Source: Nemertoderma westbladi (Eukaryota; Animalia; Xenacoelomorpha). From it: a stretch of 64,000 bases of DNA. Positions 28,125 through 40,863 of this stretch are shown piece after piece. A model generated the notes under the pieces. That model worked only from the letters and a program-made list of their open reading frames with translations, was not told where the DNA came from and did not search any database. The position numbers were made by a program, and so were the translations under genes. Position 1 is the stretch's first letter; each line of letters opens with the position of its first letter. The stretch is taken from the NCBI GenBank assembly GCA_032718475.1, contig JAUCBJ010001802.1, positions 1 through 64,000 on the forward strand, read 5' to 3'.

Positions 28125-28932
28125 GTGAGTACTATGTATGGCATACAATTAATAATTAATTTCGAGGAATATGGAATGGCCTTTTTATAGTGGTACATTC
28201 TTTAAGAATTTGGTGGCTTTACTGACGCATAAATAAAGTAAATTGACACAAATTATTTAACTTTGAAAAATTACATTAACCTGGCACAATTTTTATTTTG
28301 TTTGGCCTAGTAAAGAGACACGTAATGGAAAGGATCATAGGTCAAGAGAAATACATTTCTAACCAAAACTATATACGATATAATTTCTAATTGTGGGAAC
28401 GGAACAGTTGTGGTTGCACTTAGACTTAGACATGTTTCACTATCAGAGATTCATTCTTAACTATATTATTGATATTAACGATCATTATAAAGGAGGTATA
28501 CAATACTTTATGTGATAGTAAAGTAATGAGACGAGACTCGCCTAAATTATAACCGATATTTTATTTGCACACAACCCATCTCCGTTTACCGGTAATTATT
28601 AAATCACTTTTCTAAACTTATCAATTTCTGAGTTATTAAACAATATATTACTGACAAATATAAAAATCTACTGTATTCATTTTAGTTTTATTACGTAGTG
28701 CCCAATGGGCCTACAAACCGATTCACCTACTAACAATGGGGTCAATAAGCCAAAACGCCCGCCCTTCCCTAAACATAAAAATGTAATAATTATAAATGAA
28801 TAAATAAATGTATTGTTATAAAACTTTGGAAACAATTACATTTTCTTAAAATTGTTAACTTTATTGGAATAATAATATTTCTGGGTGCGTTATAAACTCA
28901 TTAATTAATTTGTTAACTTATTTATATTTTAG

Positions 28933-28963
28933 GACCGGTGCAAATGGTGAAACCGCAGTTTGA
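28933..28963 (+). CDS. CELSR: CELSR terminal micro-exon encoding (M)TGANGETAV*
   Basis: TTTTAG acceptor; the phase-2 join completes ATG. Ends in a PDZ-type ETAV, with AATAAA just after the stop. Confidence 0.75.
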
Positions 28964-30177
28964 AGACAATCAATAAATTTTGGTTTCAGTGGCAATTAAT
29001 TTGTCGGTCGGTTGTGGCGCGGCATAATAACGTTGGTAATCAGATGTAACGAATAGCCGATACATTGCTAATAATGCTGATAATATTAAACACTTCAACA
29101 GACTGACAAATATTTATTATATTGAACAAACTTTGCTTAGTAATAAATAGTGCAAAAAAATTGATAATGTAAATAATAAATTTGTTTATTTATAACGTGA
29201 TGTGACCTAGTAAAATGCGTTACAAAGTGTAATATTTGTTGCCTTTGTATAATGACTTTTTATTCTACATTTATACCGTGTGTTTCATATTATAGGCCTA
29301 ACTTTATTACTTTACGTTGCTTATTTTATTTAAATAGTGTATTATTTTGTTATTTATATTATATAATTAAGTACATTGTAAATATTATTATAGTAAACAT
29401 AGTTTATTTGATTACAAATATTTGTTTATTAATTAATTATTTTGAAATTCTAACCAGAGATCTTATCCGATTGGCTGTTATTTATACACCACTAACGTAA
29501 TTCACCAGCCACCACACGAAACCCTCAATTCCATACAACCCCACAGGTAATCTAATCTAACCATCCTAACCCATGATTCAGTAGTACCTTAACACAAGAA
29601 ACAAACAAACCCTAAGCAAACAAATAAAACAGTCGCTAGGGGTCGCCAATTTTTTTTTTTTAATTTTAATTTACTTTAGTTCATTATCGATGGTACACCG
29701 TTTTCTATGCATTTTCAACCAAATTGGAAATCTAAACTAATTAAAAAAAACACCAGGTGGGATACCATCCCCCCCCCCCCCCCCTTAATTTAAAGGGTAT
29801 TGTATAGCTTTTTACTGCACAAAATATAAAGACATTAAACCACATTCTTAAAAAGGTAACATCTCGGTGAGAGCCTACTGTAACTGTGCCGGTTATATTC
29901 AATAATTATAATAGTCCCCAATTATAATTTATATTAAATTCTTAACACAGCGCGCTTCCTTTCGTGTGGCACGAAGTATGACCAATTGTATAGGAGTTAA
30001 ATTGGTGGACGTAGTCACTCCTCCTAGCGGCTGGCAGAGAAAATATAGGAGCCTGTCTGTGAATATAATTTTAAACCTTTGTTAGACTACTCATGTGTAA
30101 TAGGTTTGGTTCCATTTCATCTTATTAGCATTCAAACATTTTATACAAGGATGACAGACGGTCCACAGTCCACGGTA

Positions 30178-30973
30178 GAGTACAAAACAGAGACAAAAGA
30201 CCCAAGACCTGCACAAAACAAAGACCCCCCTCCCCATGTACAAAACAAAGACCCCCCTTCCCATGTACAAACAAAGACCCCCCATGTACAAAACAAAGAC
30301 CCCCCTATGTACAAAACAAAGACAACCATGTACAAAACAAAGACCCCCCTCCCCATGTACAAAACAAAGACCCCCCTCCCCATGTACAAAACAAAGACCC
30401 CCCTCCCCATGTACAAAACAAAGACCCCCCTCCCCATGTACAAAACAAAGACCCCCCTCCCCATGTACAAAACAAAGACCACCCATGTACAAAACAAAGA
30501 CCCCCCTATGTACAAAACAAAGACCCCCCTATGTACAAAACAAAGACAACCATGTACAAAACAAAGACCCCACTATGTACAAAACAAAGACCCCCCTATG
30601 TACAAAACAAAGACCCAAAACAAAGACCCCTCAATGTACAAAACAAAGACCCCCATGTACAAAACAAAGACCCCCCTATGTACAAAACAAAGACCCCCCC
30701 CCCCCCCCCCCATGTACAAAACAAAGACCCCCTATGTACAAAACAAAGACTCCCTATGTACAAAACAAAAACCCCCATGTACAAAACAAAGACCCCCCTA
30801 TGTACAAAACAAAGACCCCCTATGTACAAAACAAAGACCCCCCTATGTACAAAACAAAGACCCCCCATGTACAAAACAAAGACCCCCCTATGTACAAAAC
30901 AAAGACCCCCCTATGTACAAAACAAAGACCCCCCCATGTACAAAACAAGACCCCCTATGTACAAAACAAAGAC
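30178..30973. repeat. Variable 20-24-bp minisatellite
   Basis: Unit ATGTACAAAACAAAGAC(C)n with a variable poly-C length. Confidence 0.93.
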
Positions 30974-31158
30974 ATGCATATGCAACAATCATGTTTTTAT
31001 GTTACTGGAGTCTGGAGTTTTATGTGGGGAGTAGGCCTATAGTTCTGGGGGGACCGCACTGGAAACACTTTGTTTGTAATCCCTGGCGTAACGGCCGAAG
31101 AAAATTTACTTTACATCGGTAATATCCATATACTGTATTTTTATTAGTCAGTCTACTG

Positions 31159-32105
31159 CAGTGGCGTAGCCAGGATTTCACAAGGGGAAGGGGCCAGAGC
31201 CAGGGGGGGGGGGGGGCAGACTCAAAATTAACAAATCTAATCAAAGTGAGTGAAATTAAACCAGTGCCGGCGTTAGGGTCTGCGCCCCCCCCCCCCCCCC
31301 CCCCCCCCGAAATAAAAAAAATAGGGCCTCTAAACAAACAAAATTGGTCCCGAGGAAGAAGAAAAAAGGAGCTCCTGCATGCCCCCCCCCCCCCCCCCCA
31401 GTGTGTGAGGATGGGGAATGGGGGGGGGGGGGGGGGGGGGGGTGTACAAGGCTGAGATAACTCCATCTTGAAATAACACCCCAGTTATATCAGCCTAGGC
31501 TGAGAACACTCCTCAGTCGTCTCAGCCTCAGCCTGCCCCTTTCCTTCAATTGGTAATTTTATCATTTATTGTTTTGGTTAGAAAAGACCGTCAGACCGTC
31601 TATGTAACGTTTCTGTAACGTTGTTTATGTAACGTTGTTTCTATGTCGTGGGATATGTGGATTTAATCGCGTACAAAGCGAATAGTACTATAACACTGCC
31701 TTTCATCGAATTATGTTCAACCCTAGCTCAAAATTAAACTAATACAATACCCAAATAAACGTTCTCAAATAGACAGGCCATGCCCATGCAGTTTGGAGGG
31801 GGTGGGGGAGGGGGGGGGGGGGGGGGATCGAGCCCCATACCCCCCCCCCCTAGACGCGCCCCTGAGTATACAGTATACCTAACTCACCCAGCCCCTTTGG
31901 TCTGGCTCTGTTGCCATGGCTCATATTGAAGTATTGGCTATGTGGGGCCCTGGTGTGCTCGGGGCCCCGGCGTGCTCTGTACACCGGTGTGCTCGGGGCC
32001 CCGGCGTGCTCGGGGCCCCGGCGTGCTCGGGGCCCCTGCGTGCTCGCCCCCCCCCCCCCCCCCCCCCCCGATCGGGGGGTTCGGGGGGCCCTAACGCCGC
32101 CACTG
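31159..32105. mobile_element. Cluster of hAT-like MITE ends with poly-G/poly-C runs
   Basis: CAGTGGCGTAGCCAG (31159) pairs loosely with CTAGACGCGCCCCTG (31864). CAGTGCCGGCGTTAGGG (31262) pairs with CCCTAACGCCGCCACTG (32105). Confidence 0.6.
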
Positions 32106-33762
32106 AATTAAACAATAACATGTGAGGTTTGATCAAGGAACCGACCTACTACGGTTACAACAAATAATTGTTTTTAATGATTCTAATGCACAATTTTATA
32201 TGCTGAATCTAACACCGAACACAGATTTCAAATCCAAATGACGCTTGCTACTGCTACCTTGGGCTCGGCCCATGTCATTAATGCTCTAGGCCTAATGTCA
32301 GAAATTCCGTTAAAGTTCTTAGATTATTTCTTAGGCAGTTAGGCTGTTAGGTGTTAGGGTTGTCGCGTAGGGCTACCGCGCTACCGGTAACTTTGATTCT
32401 TAGGAGGCGCCGTTCGACTTCAAGCGACTAGCGACAGGCTGGCGGCTGGTAATGGGTAATCGGGGTTTACAGGTTTATAAGGTCGGCGCCTCTCCTGGAC
32501 AGCTGAACGGTCGCGGTCTGTCACACTGTCTGTCTATTTTGTTGCCAGTTGCTGGGGTTACAGGTCCTGTAGTTACAGGACCTAACGCTACAGCTGACCT
32601 AACGCGCCAGGTGCCAGGACCTAAAGCTACGAGATCTAACGCTACAGGACCTAACTGCCCAAGGAAGGTATAGGCCTACCGATTTGGACCTACCGCTATT
32701 TTACCGTTGCTGGAGCTGGTTGGCTGGGAAGAGACTCAGACTGTCAGAGCTGCAGAGTGCATTGAGTATTGAGCAGTTGAGTGCGCTCTACTGTTGTCAG
32801 GTTGTAGTGTAGTCGGGTGTTTCTCATTCGGGGCCAGTCTTGCAGGTTGGCAGTTGGTGGGCCTTTGTGAGCCTGGCTGCCTGGGCGGTACGGTAGTTGG
32901 TAGTGGTCTGTAGCCTTGCAGCCTTGACGCCAGGTAGCGACAGAGCGAACGACTTCTGTCAGCATGCTGCTGACATGTTGTTGGTGCTGTATGGTTCCGC
33001 CGTGCAGAAACCGTCTCCTGTACAGCTGTCTGGCTGTAAGACAGTAAGATGACCAGCCCGAGGGACTGAAGCTGTGAAGCACTGACTGACTGAGGCGGGC
33101 ACTTGTAGAGGGAGAGTAGCAGAGTAGGGAGGGGCTGCGGCTGCTGGCTGGCCATTGCGCGAGCGCCGGGTGGTAGCGATACCGGTACAGTACACCGATG
33201 TTGGAAGTTTGTATGGCAGTATGGCTTCGAAGTTTGTAGAACGTGAAAGTGTGGGAGTTGCCGGGTTGCGTGGGTCCGCTTCCATGCCATTTGACAATAC
33301 ACTTCGTTATATTATTATAGGGAAAGCAGAGCGAGAGCAGCTCCTGCTGACACATAATTATTTACCGAAAAACTCGAAGTGTCTTAGGCTGTTAGCCTGT
33401 CAGCCTGTTAGGGTCTTACGTCTTTTTTTTGTAAACACCCGACACCCTAGTCCGACCCCACTAGGCCTACTAAAACATATCTGTGATTATATAAGATCAG
33501 ATTTTTAATATTTAATTCACAAAAACTGCTGCGGCCGAGTTTCGAACCCTGTAAATCTCATCACTGTTCCTACGACTACTAGCTAACACTTTCTACCACT
33601 AAAATACCGGTAGTTATTGAAATACTTCCTGTCACTAATTGGTACCAATTTACTTTACTTACTAGGCATGCTAGGCCTACCGAATACAATCTACATTAAT
33701 AGTTTATTGATAAACGGGTTATTGTGTCGGAAATACATTATATTAATTAATCACGCGCTGCT

Positions 33763-35214
33763 ATGATGGATGATACCGGTACCGGTACGGTTGCTACTAC
33801 TAGGAAGATGTTATTGAATCCTAATGCTAAATTATTTAAAAAGAAATCGTCTGGGAAAATTATAAAGAAAGAAACAGACTGCGACGGTGCATCTTATTCG
33901 GTGGGAGGAGAGCAAGGTAACAGCTTCGAGGGATTGTCTGGCAATTTATTTTGTGATGAATATGTTATTCCTGTACAAGATGACGAATATATTTCTTATG
34001 AACAACCTGCAGATTGTTTTGTTGAAGAAAAACATGAAAGAGACAGCTTAGAGTTAGACATTCCATATGACAATGAAACTGAATACACAGATGTCTTTGA
34101 CCGGCATTGCACTTATGGTTGTGGGCAATCTGAAGATACCCTTCCTTTTACGAAAGAATACGAATTTGCTAGTACCTCGTACGAGGACGCCCCCCTTTGT
34201 AGCACTATTGAACCAATCAATAATGCGCTGCCGTTACCTGATACTACTGGTAACGGTAAGGAAGTTAATAACCGAAAAAAGTATGATTGCATTGATTGTG
34301 ATAAATTATTTCGCGATAAATACAGCTTGAACAGACACGTTGACTCTATTCATAAAGGTATCAAGTATAATTGCTATGAATGTGGGAAAGTATTTAACAA
34401 CAAAGACCATCTAAGGATACACGCTGACTCGGTACATAATGGTATTAAGTTTCATTGTGTTATTTGTAACAAATTATTTTCACAGAAAATAAGCCTAAAT
34501 CGGCATGTCGACTCTATTCATAAAGATATCAGGAATTTCAAATGCAATGATTGTGGTAAAACATTTAGCCAAAAAAGTCATCTTAAAAGACACATAGACT
34601 ATATCCATAAAGGCATTAAGAAATTTAATTGCATTGATTGTGGTAAATTATTTAGAGACAAAGGCCATCTAAAGGGTCACGTGGACGCTATTCATATAGG
34701 TATCAAGTATAATTGCAGAGATTGTGGGAAGGTTTTTACTAATAAAAGCGATCTAAACATACATGCATATTCTATTCACGATGGCATCAAGTATAAGTGC
34801 TTTGATTGTGGTAAAAATTTCTCACAGCAAAGCAACCTAAGCAGTCATGTAGACTCCGTTCACAACGGCATTAAGAAGTTCAATTGCTTTGATTGTGGGA
34901 AATCATTTGTTTCAAAGCCCAGTCTAAAGTTGCACATAGAATCTATTCATAGCCATTACAGGTATATTTGTGTTGTTTGTAATAAAGTATTTAATTACCA
35001 AAAGAACCTAACTAGACACCTAAACTCTCTACATAAAGGTACCAACTCTCAGCGTATCCACGGTACGGTTTCCGCGATCGTAAACGCGAGCGCGGTACCT
35101 GCGGTTCCGGAACAGATGTCGACGTCAACTCTTCCTCGGTTATTATCATCGGCTCCTGCAGTAGACGTATTGAGTCATACCGAGACCCAGCATAGTGATG
35201 ATACATTAATCTAA
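33763..35214 (+). CDS. C2H2 zinc-finger protein (9 fingers, acidic N-terminus), intronless ORF
   Basis: Nine C-x2-C-x12-H-x4-H units with H(K/N)GIK(Y/F) linkers; 483 aa. Confidence 0.9.
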   Translation: MMDDTGTGTVATTRKMLLNPNAKLFKKKSSGKIIKKETDCDGASYSVGGEQGNSFEGLSGNLFCDEYVIPVQDDEYISYEQPADCFVEEKHERDSLELDIPYDNETEYTDVFDRHCTYGCGQSEDTLPFTKEYEFASTSYEDAPLCSTIEPINNALPLPDTTGNGKEVNNRKKYDCIDCDKLFRDKYSLNRHVDSIHKGIKYNCYECGKVFNNKDHLRIHADSVHNGIKFHCVICNKLFSQKISLNRHVDSIHKDIRNFKCNDCGKTFSQKSHLKRHIDYIHKGIKKFNCIDCGKLFRDKGHLKGHVDAIHIGIKYNCRDCGKVFTNKSDLNIHAYSIHDGIKYKCFDCGKNFSQQSNLSSHVDSVHNGIKKFNCFDCGKSFVSKPSLKLHIESIHSHYRYICVVCNKVFNYQKNLTRHLNSLHKGTNSQRIHGTVSAIVNASAVPAVPEQMSTSTLPRLLSSAPAVDVLSHTETQHSDDTLI

Positions 35215-35983
35215 AGAACGCGGGATAAAACCGTTGTACCTCAGTACGAGCGATTCGCCATACTCCCCAGGACTCTCTTCTATAACTTTCTCAAACATTG
35301 TAACTTATCATATACTTTCCCCAACAACAGATTAATAACTAAAATAAAATTCAAATATCTTCAGTTGCCATCACCACTTATTCACTTTTGTTTAATTCAC
35401 TTGTAATATACTTTCAGTTTACCGTATCATATATAAATGTAATTGTGAAATTCAGTATATTGCTTATACAATACATATAACAAGCAATGTATAGGCATGC
35501 AGGGATGCAATGCATAAACTTTGTTTTGTATTTCAATATATTGGCTATTAAAGTTATTCCTTCACTGTTATATAGCTTTGGTGTTCAACTTAGTTGATTC
35601 TATATCACTTGCAAATGTTAAATGTCTATTATATTCATAGATTGTTTTAGAAAATTGACAGTTTTCTGGGGAAATTCTCTATCTCCACTTACGTTCCTTA
35701 TTCCTCAGTTTATTTAGAATTTTTGAAGTTGTACCGGTACTACAATTACACTAACATAACAAACATAATAAAACAACTGATGACCTCAAACATAATAAAT
35801 GTATGACAATAATACAAATACAATGTAATTTTTGGATACCGATTTTTATTTAGTTAATTAACAATCAGAGGAATTCCGACAAAACTTGCTAAGCGACCTG
35901 ACTATATATAGAATCCATCTGGTATCATTAAACTGGCGACCGACCCAATTACTGTACATAAGACAACTGAATAGGATACTTAA

Positions 35984-36916
35984 GGGGAGATGGTACCCGA
36001 GGCTATCCCCATACATTTTACTATTAACACATATGTACCCATTACGCTGGTTCTACAAAATTTCCAGAAGGGCGGAGTAACTATCGAGACACACCTGGAA
36101 CCTAAAAAAAATTGATTTTTTTTGTGTCTATGTTTGAGGGTCACTTAATTGCACCAAAAACCAAAAAATGACACATTTTTGAAGTTTATATTAGAAATAC
36201 ATTTGATAATTGTTTTAAACATATGTTTTTAGAGGTTGAGATTCCACAATTAATTGTGTCTCAGAACAACAAACCTGCTGCGAAAATTGCAGCCAATTCC
36301 ATCAACCCGTTCTCGGAAAAAGGTATATTTATTTCTAAATTTCACGAAAAATAAGATGCTGAGAATAACGCATTTTAAGTTTTCAAACCTTCCCGCTAAT
36401 TTTATGTAAAACGCGGGAACTTTCAAAAATAAGCCAAAATATAATAAACAACTCCAGCGAACCAAAATTTACGATTTAGGGGTTTTCGTAGTCGCTGAAT
36501 TCATTTCTGATATCTGTTTTAATGTTTGATGATATCTGGACATCCTGTCTGTCTGTTTGTCTGTCTGTCTGACTTACTGTCGGTGTCACAGATAAAATAT
36601 AAGTAAACACATCACTTTACTATAATTTCTGATATGGGGGTTTTCCTAGTTGCTGATTTCATTTCTCACGTCATTTTTAATAATTGCATGAACCTAGACT
36701 GTCTGTTTAAGTCTGTCTGTAGGCTTTCTTTACAGACAGATCGACTGGCAGATAAATATACAGGCATAATAGAGTCCTCCAAACAGGAAAGATAACACCA
36801 TAAATGAAATCACCGACCTTAAAAACCTCGATATCGATTTCTGAAATCTACGTTAAATAAAAAAAAAATTTCGAAAATTTTTCAATTTTTGAAAAGTTCT
36901 GGGGTACCATCTCCCC
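35984..36916. mobile_element. Non-autonomous Kolobok-like DNA transposon
   Basis: 15-bp TIR GGGGAGATGGTACCC / GGGTACCATCTCCCC with TTAA on both sides. Purine-starting termini with a TTAA target duplication fit Kolobok rather than piggyBac. Confidence 0.8.
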
Positions 36917-37771
36917 TTAAATGAAGTGTCTCCTTAAAGTTAAGGGAGCTTTAAAATGTTTATTTATTTAATTAAAATTAATTAAATGATAAATGTAAGT
37001 TTATTAATAATTATACATGTCGTTATGGTGATTTGGTTTCTTATTGCTATTAAATAATACCAAAAAACTTGTAGCTTCTACTATATGTGTAACAATTTTT
37101 GAACACCCTTCAATATATTCGACAGATATAATTTAATATTTTAAGTCTTTAATCTTTTTTTCATTTTACGCAATATATATTGCGCGATTGCAGCATTATA
37201 ACGTTTTATAATATTTTAAATTATTGTTTCAATTTAAAGTTTATTTAACTAAAATTGTAATTTTGGTGATATTAATGCAATAGTAAGTAAAGATTTTAAA
37301 TGGCGAAAAAGAGCAGTAGCATAGCTAGTGTTGCTCTATTTTTACTGTTGTGGTCCGAAGATTAAAGAGAAGGATTCATGCCATCATAAATACACACCGT
37401 TCATACACATTGTAAATTTACACCGTTCGAGATTTCGCGACTCGTAGATTACTTAGGTGCACGTTTCTCCAACTCTATAAACCGATTAATTGCCATGACA
37501 ATTTAACCCCTTATACACAATTTCCGTCTCTATCAACAGTCACAAATATTGAAGCTGTTTTGTATCGGCCTACCTATGATAAATGGGGATGGATTAGAAA
37601 AATAAATTAGTAATAAATTAATAAATGAGTACTGTCGGAGTTTCCTACATACAATGCCCTACATTAACACATAAAATCGGCTATCAAATAATTTTACTGT
37701 TGTGGTTAAAAGGTTTTTTAAAAGACATAAAAAGTATGTCATGCGTAATGGGATAAAAGATGTGACAATTT

Positions 37772-38327
37772 TTCAAAAATGAGGCGCAAATTCGCGATTG
37801 GCTAAAAAGATGGGTGTAAATTATTCAAAAATGAGACGCAAATTCGCGATTGGCTAAAAAGATGGGTGTAAATTATTCAAAAATGAGGCGCAAATTCGCG
37901 ATTGGCTAAAAAGATGGGTGTAAATTATTCAAAAATGAGACGCAAATTCGCGATTGGCTAAAAAGATGGGTGTAAATTATTCAAAAATGAGGCGCAAATT
38001 CGCGATTGGCTAAAAAGATGAGTGTAAATTATTCAAAAATGAGACGCAAATTCGCGATTGGCTAAAAAGATGGGTGTAAATTATTCAAAAATGAGACGCA
38101 AATTCGCGATTGGCTAAAAAGATGGGTGTAAATTATTCAAAGATGAGGCGCAAATTCGCGATTGGCTAAAAAGATGGGTGTAAATTATTCAAAAATGAGG
38201 CGCAAATTCGCGATTGGCTAAAAAGATGGGTGTAAATTATTCAAAAATGAGACGCAAATTCGCGATTGGCTAAAAAGATGGGTGTAAATTATTCAAAGAT
38301 GAGGCGCAAATTCGCGATTGGCTAAAA
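37772..38327. repeat. 52-bp tandem repeat, ~10.5 copies
   Basis: Unit TTCAAAAATGAG(G/A)CGCAAATTCGCGATTGGCTAAAAAGATGGGTGTAAATTA. Confidence 0.95.
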
Positions 38328-38934
38328 TATGAGTGATGTTATTTTTAAGATTTCTAAATGAGAACATAATTCCTTAAATCATTGACTCTTATTAAAATAT
38401 GAGTACAACATTTTCCGAATTAATGGTGTACTCATTTTAAAATGAGAACATAATTAATTGTGTGGCTTTTGAAAATTTTATTTTAATATATATTAATACA
38501 ATGTAATAATTCGTTTTATTTTTTTATTTATGAATAGTAATAACTACAGTATTACATACTTGCAGTACTATAAGAAAATTGGGTCCTAGCCAGGACGCTA
38601 ACCGCTGCTACCCACCAAACTAATAATACTGAGTCCTAGAATAGGATATTTCAAAACATCCCTTTTGATTTCATCAATCATTTAATTCACCCTCATTGGC
38701 TGGTTGTCAAGTTGCTTCCAATCCAACTATTATGGCATACTTTTAGTATTAAAATTGTATTTTATTATTTACTCATATTCTTTTAATTATGTACTCTTGT
38801 TTTTATATGTTTAACTAATTCTGTATGTTTAGTATTCAATGATCCATTTTGGATAAAAATTACGTATTAAATATCCCAATGGGCTCTTTATTAAGTGGGG
38901 GATTTATAATTATATTTATATACAAATGGTTAGT

Positions 38935-38993
38935 ATGCACTGCACTGCACTGCACTGCACTGCACTGCACTGCACTGCACTGCACTGCACTGC
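38935..38993. repeat. (TGCAC)n microsatellite
   Basis: Directly visible pentanucleotide run. Confidence 0.95.
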
Positions 38994-39223
38994 TTTTCAA
39001 ATGTCCCGCAAAATAGGAATAATTGCAATCACGTCTTTACCCACTGGCGGACATATACTGCGCTAATAAATTAATGGTTGCATAGCGGCATAGTATAATT
39101 CCCAAATTTCTGAGGAAATCTCAGTTCAATTTGTTTGTCTCTCTGGCTGCGATTGAAAGACAACGAAACACGTCGACTACGACAAAAACGAGAAAGGCAC
39201 CTTAGGGTCGCCTCTATAATGAG

Positions 39224-39835
39224 TCACTCTCTGTTACCTCGGTCGAACTGCACCCCTCCACCGTTCCCGTATCGGACAGCCACCGCTCTATCATACTCGG
39301 GACTCGGCATCCCCCCGCCTCCTCCTCCACCCCGACTCCCCCACGCCACGTCCATGGCGTCGTTGGCGTGCGTCCATCGGCTGGGATCGCTGCACCTCTC
39401 GCTCTTCCTCGCCCAGCCGGGCTGCTGGGTCCACCACACGAACTCGGACTGCCCGTCTTCCGGGGTCAGCCACCAGCGGGATCTCTCCGACCTCGCGATG
39501 TGCCGGTAGCACTCGGAACCGAGGTCCTTGCCGCCCGAGTGCGAGTCCGTGAAAGTCCACGCCTTCACGGCGTTGAACCACTTCCGATGGCTCCGAACCA
39601 CCGGTTTCTCGGGATGGTCGTACTCGGACATGTCCCAGTAGTAGTTCCGTTGAATTCGTCCGCGGTGAATGGGCGTCAGTGTGAAGTCGATCTGTCTCGG
39701 CACCGACGATCTAGTTATCTCCGACAAGGTTGAAAGCGGGCGGGTTGCGACAGTTACGGGGATTCGTGTAAGAGTTCGAGGAGTGTGTATTAAACCTTTA
39801 GACAAACGGCCATACGCTATAGTTGTAGTTGTCAT
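39224..39835 (-). CDS. Orphan 203-aa protein, Trp-rich, possible mitochondrial presequence
   Basis: ATG-to-stop ORF that coincides with a GC-rich island in AT-rich DNA. GC-ending codons resemble those of neighbouring genes. No family recognised. Confidence 0.55.
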   Translation of the reverse strand: MTTTTIAYGRLSKGLIHTPRTLTRIPVTVATRPLSTLSEITRSSVPRQIDFTLTPIHRGRIQRNYYWDMSEYDHPEKPVVRSHRKWFNAVKAWTFTDSHSGGKDLGSECYRHIARSERSRWWLTPEDGQSEFVWWTQQPGWARKSERCSDPSRWTHANDAMDVAWGSRGGGGGGGMPSPEYDRAVAVRYGNGGGVQFDRGNRE

Positions 39836-40468
39836 GTTAACGTAGATAATCTAACAGAGAATCCAACGAACTTAAACGCTAAGATTATCAATAAATACTG
39901 AAATAGATGAGGTGGCAGGGCATCTCATATATACGTAATGTAACCCTATGCAACAGTAATAGCAGGTAGGCATACGCCATACGGTACAGTCTTGCTTAGA
40001 GTAAAAGATCACCCAAGTAGGCCCACTCTAGACACTAGACACCCATATTATATTGCACTTGCACGGCGTCTTGCTTCTGCATCAATTTAAAATTCCCCCG
40101 TAGTCATTATAAAGAGGGAGACAGAGAAGGGGGGGGGGGGGGGGGGGGGGGGGGGGTGTACTAAAACATTATAATGATATGAATATGGAAGCAAATAGTT
40201 GAGTAAAAAAAAGTACACGAATTCTCCATTTAAACTTAATATATTGATACTACTTGTGTAAATTACTCTGGTGCAAATAATGGGCCTGTGTCTGCGACAT
40301 TAGACGCTATTTGATTTTATATTACCGTTGTGTGTTGGGTTTTTTAATTTTTAAAACTGCTTGTTGATTTTCTCAAGAAAAGGAAAGGTGAGACAAACAA
40401 TTAATAATTTAAATTTCATAAATCTGTTGCTAAGGCGGTTACTAGGGCCGGGTTGGCGGACTGCATTA

Positions 40469-40863
40469 GGGGCCGTCCAAGTATGACGTCTGCACTTTTC
40501 CCCAAAATGTTGACCCCCCCCCCCCCCCCCTCCCCTAAATCAGATTAAAAAAAATTTTTGTAATAAACTATTATATTATGAAGATTATTTATAATCACTT
40601 GTAAATCATTCAAATCGTCCTAATCACTGAAACATGGTGACTGGTAACTGAAACAGAAGGTCGTGCTACGGGCCTTCGGGGGCTTCGAACAATTAAAATA
40701 GGCAAGCTATTTACTCTTCTGCTATATCTCTTCTAGCACCTATAAATGAACATGCTGACGTCAGATTTTGGCTGACCCCCTCCCCTCCCCTCATCAGCAC
40801 GTCATCAGATTTTCCCAACCCCCCTCCCCCCCTAAAGTGCTGACGTCATACTTGGACGGCCCC
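40469..40863. mobile_element. PIF/Harbinger-like MITE
   Basis: TIR GGGGCCGTCCAAGTATGACGTC / GACGTCATACTTGGACGGCCCC; TTA on the left flank. Confidence 0.8.

Noticed and set aside
30079-31466. Repetitive and Pro/Gly-rich ORFs
   Set aside because: Derived from a minisatellite and poly-C/G runs.
32452-33508. GC-rich ORFs of up to 203 aa
   Set aside because: Open in several frames, low-complexity word repeats and no domain; more like the promoter/5' region of the ZF gene.
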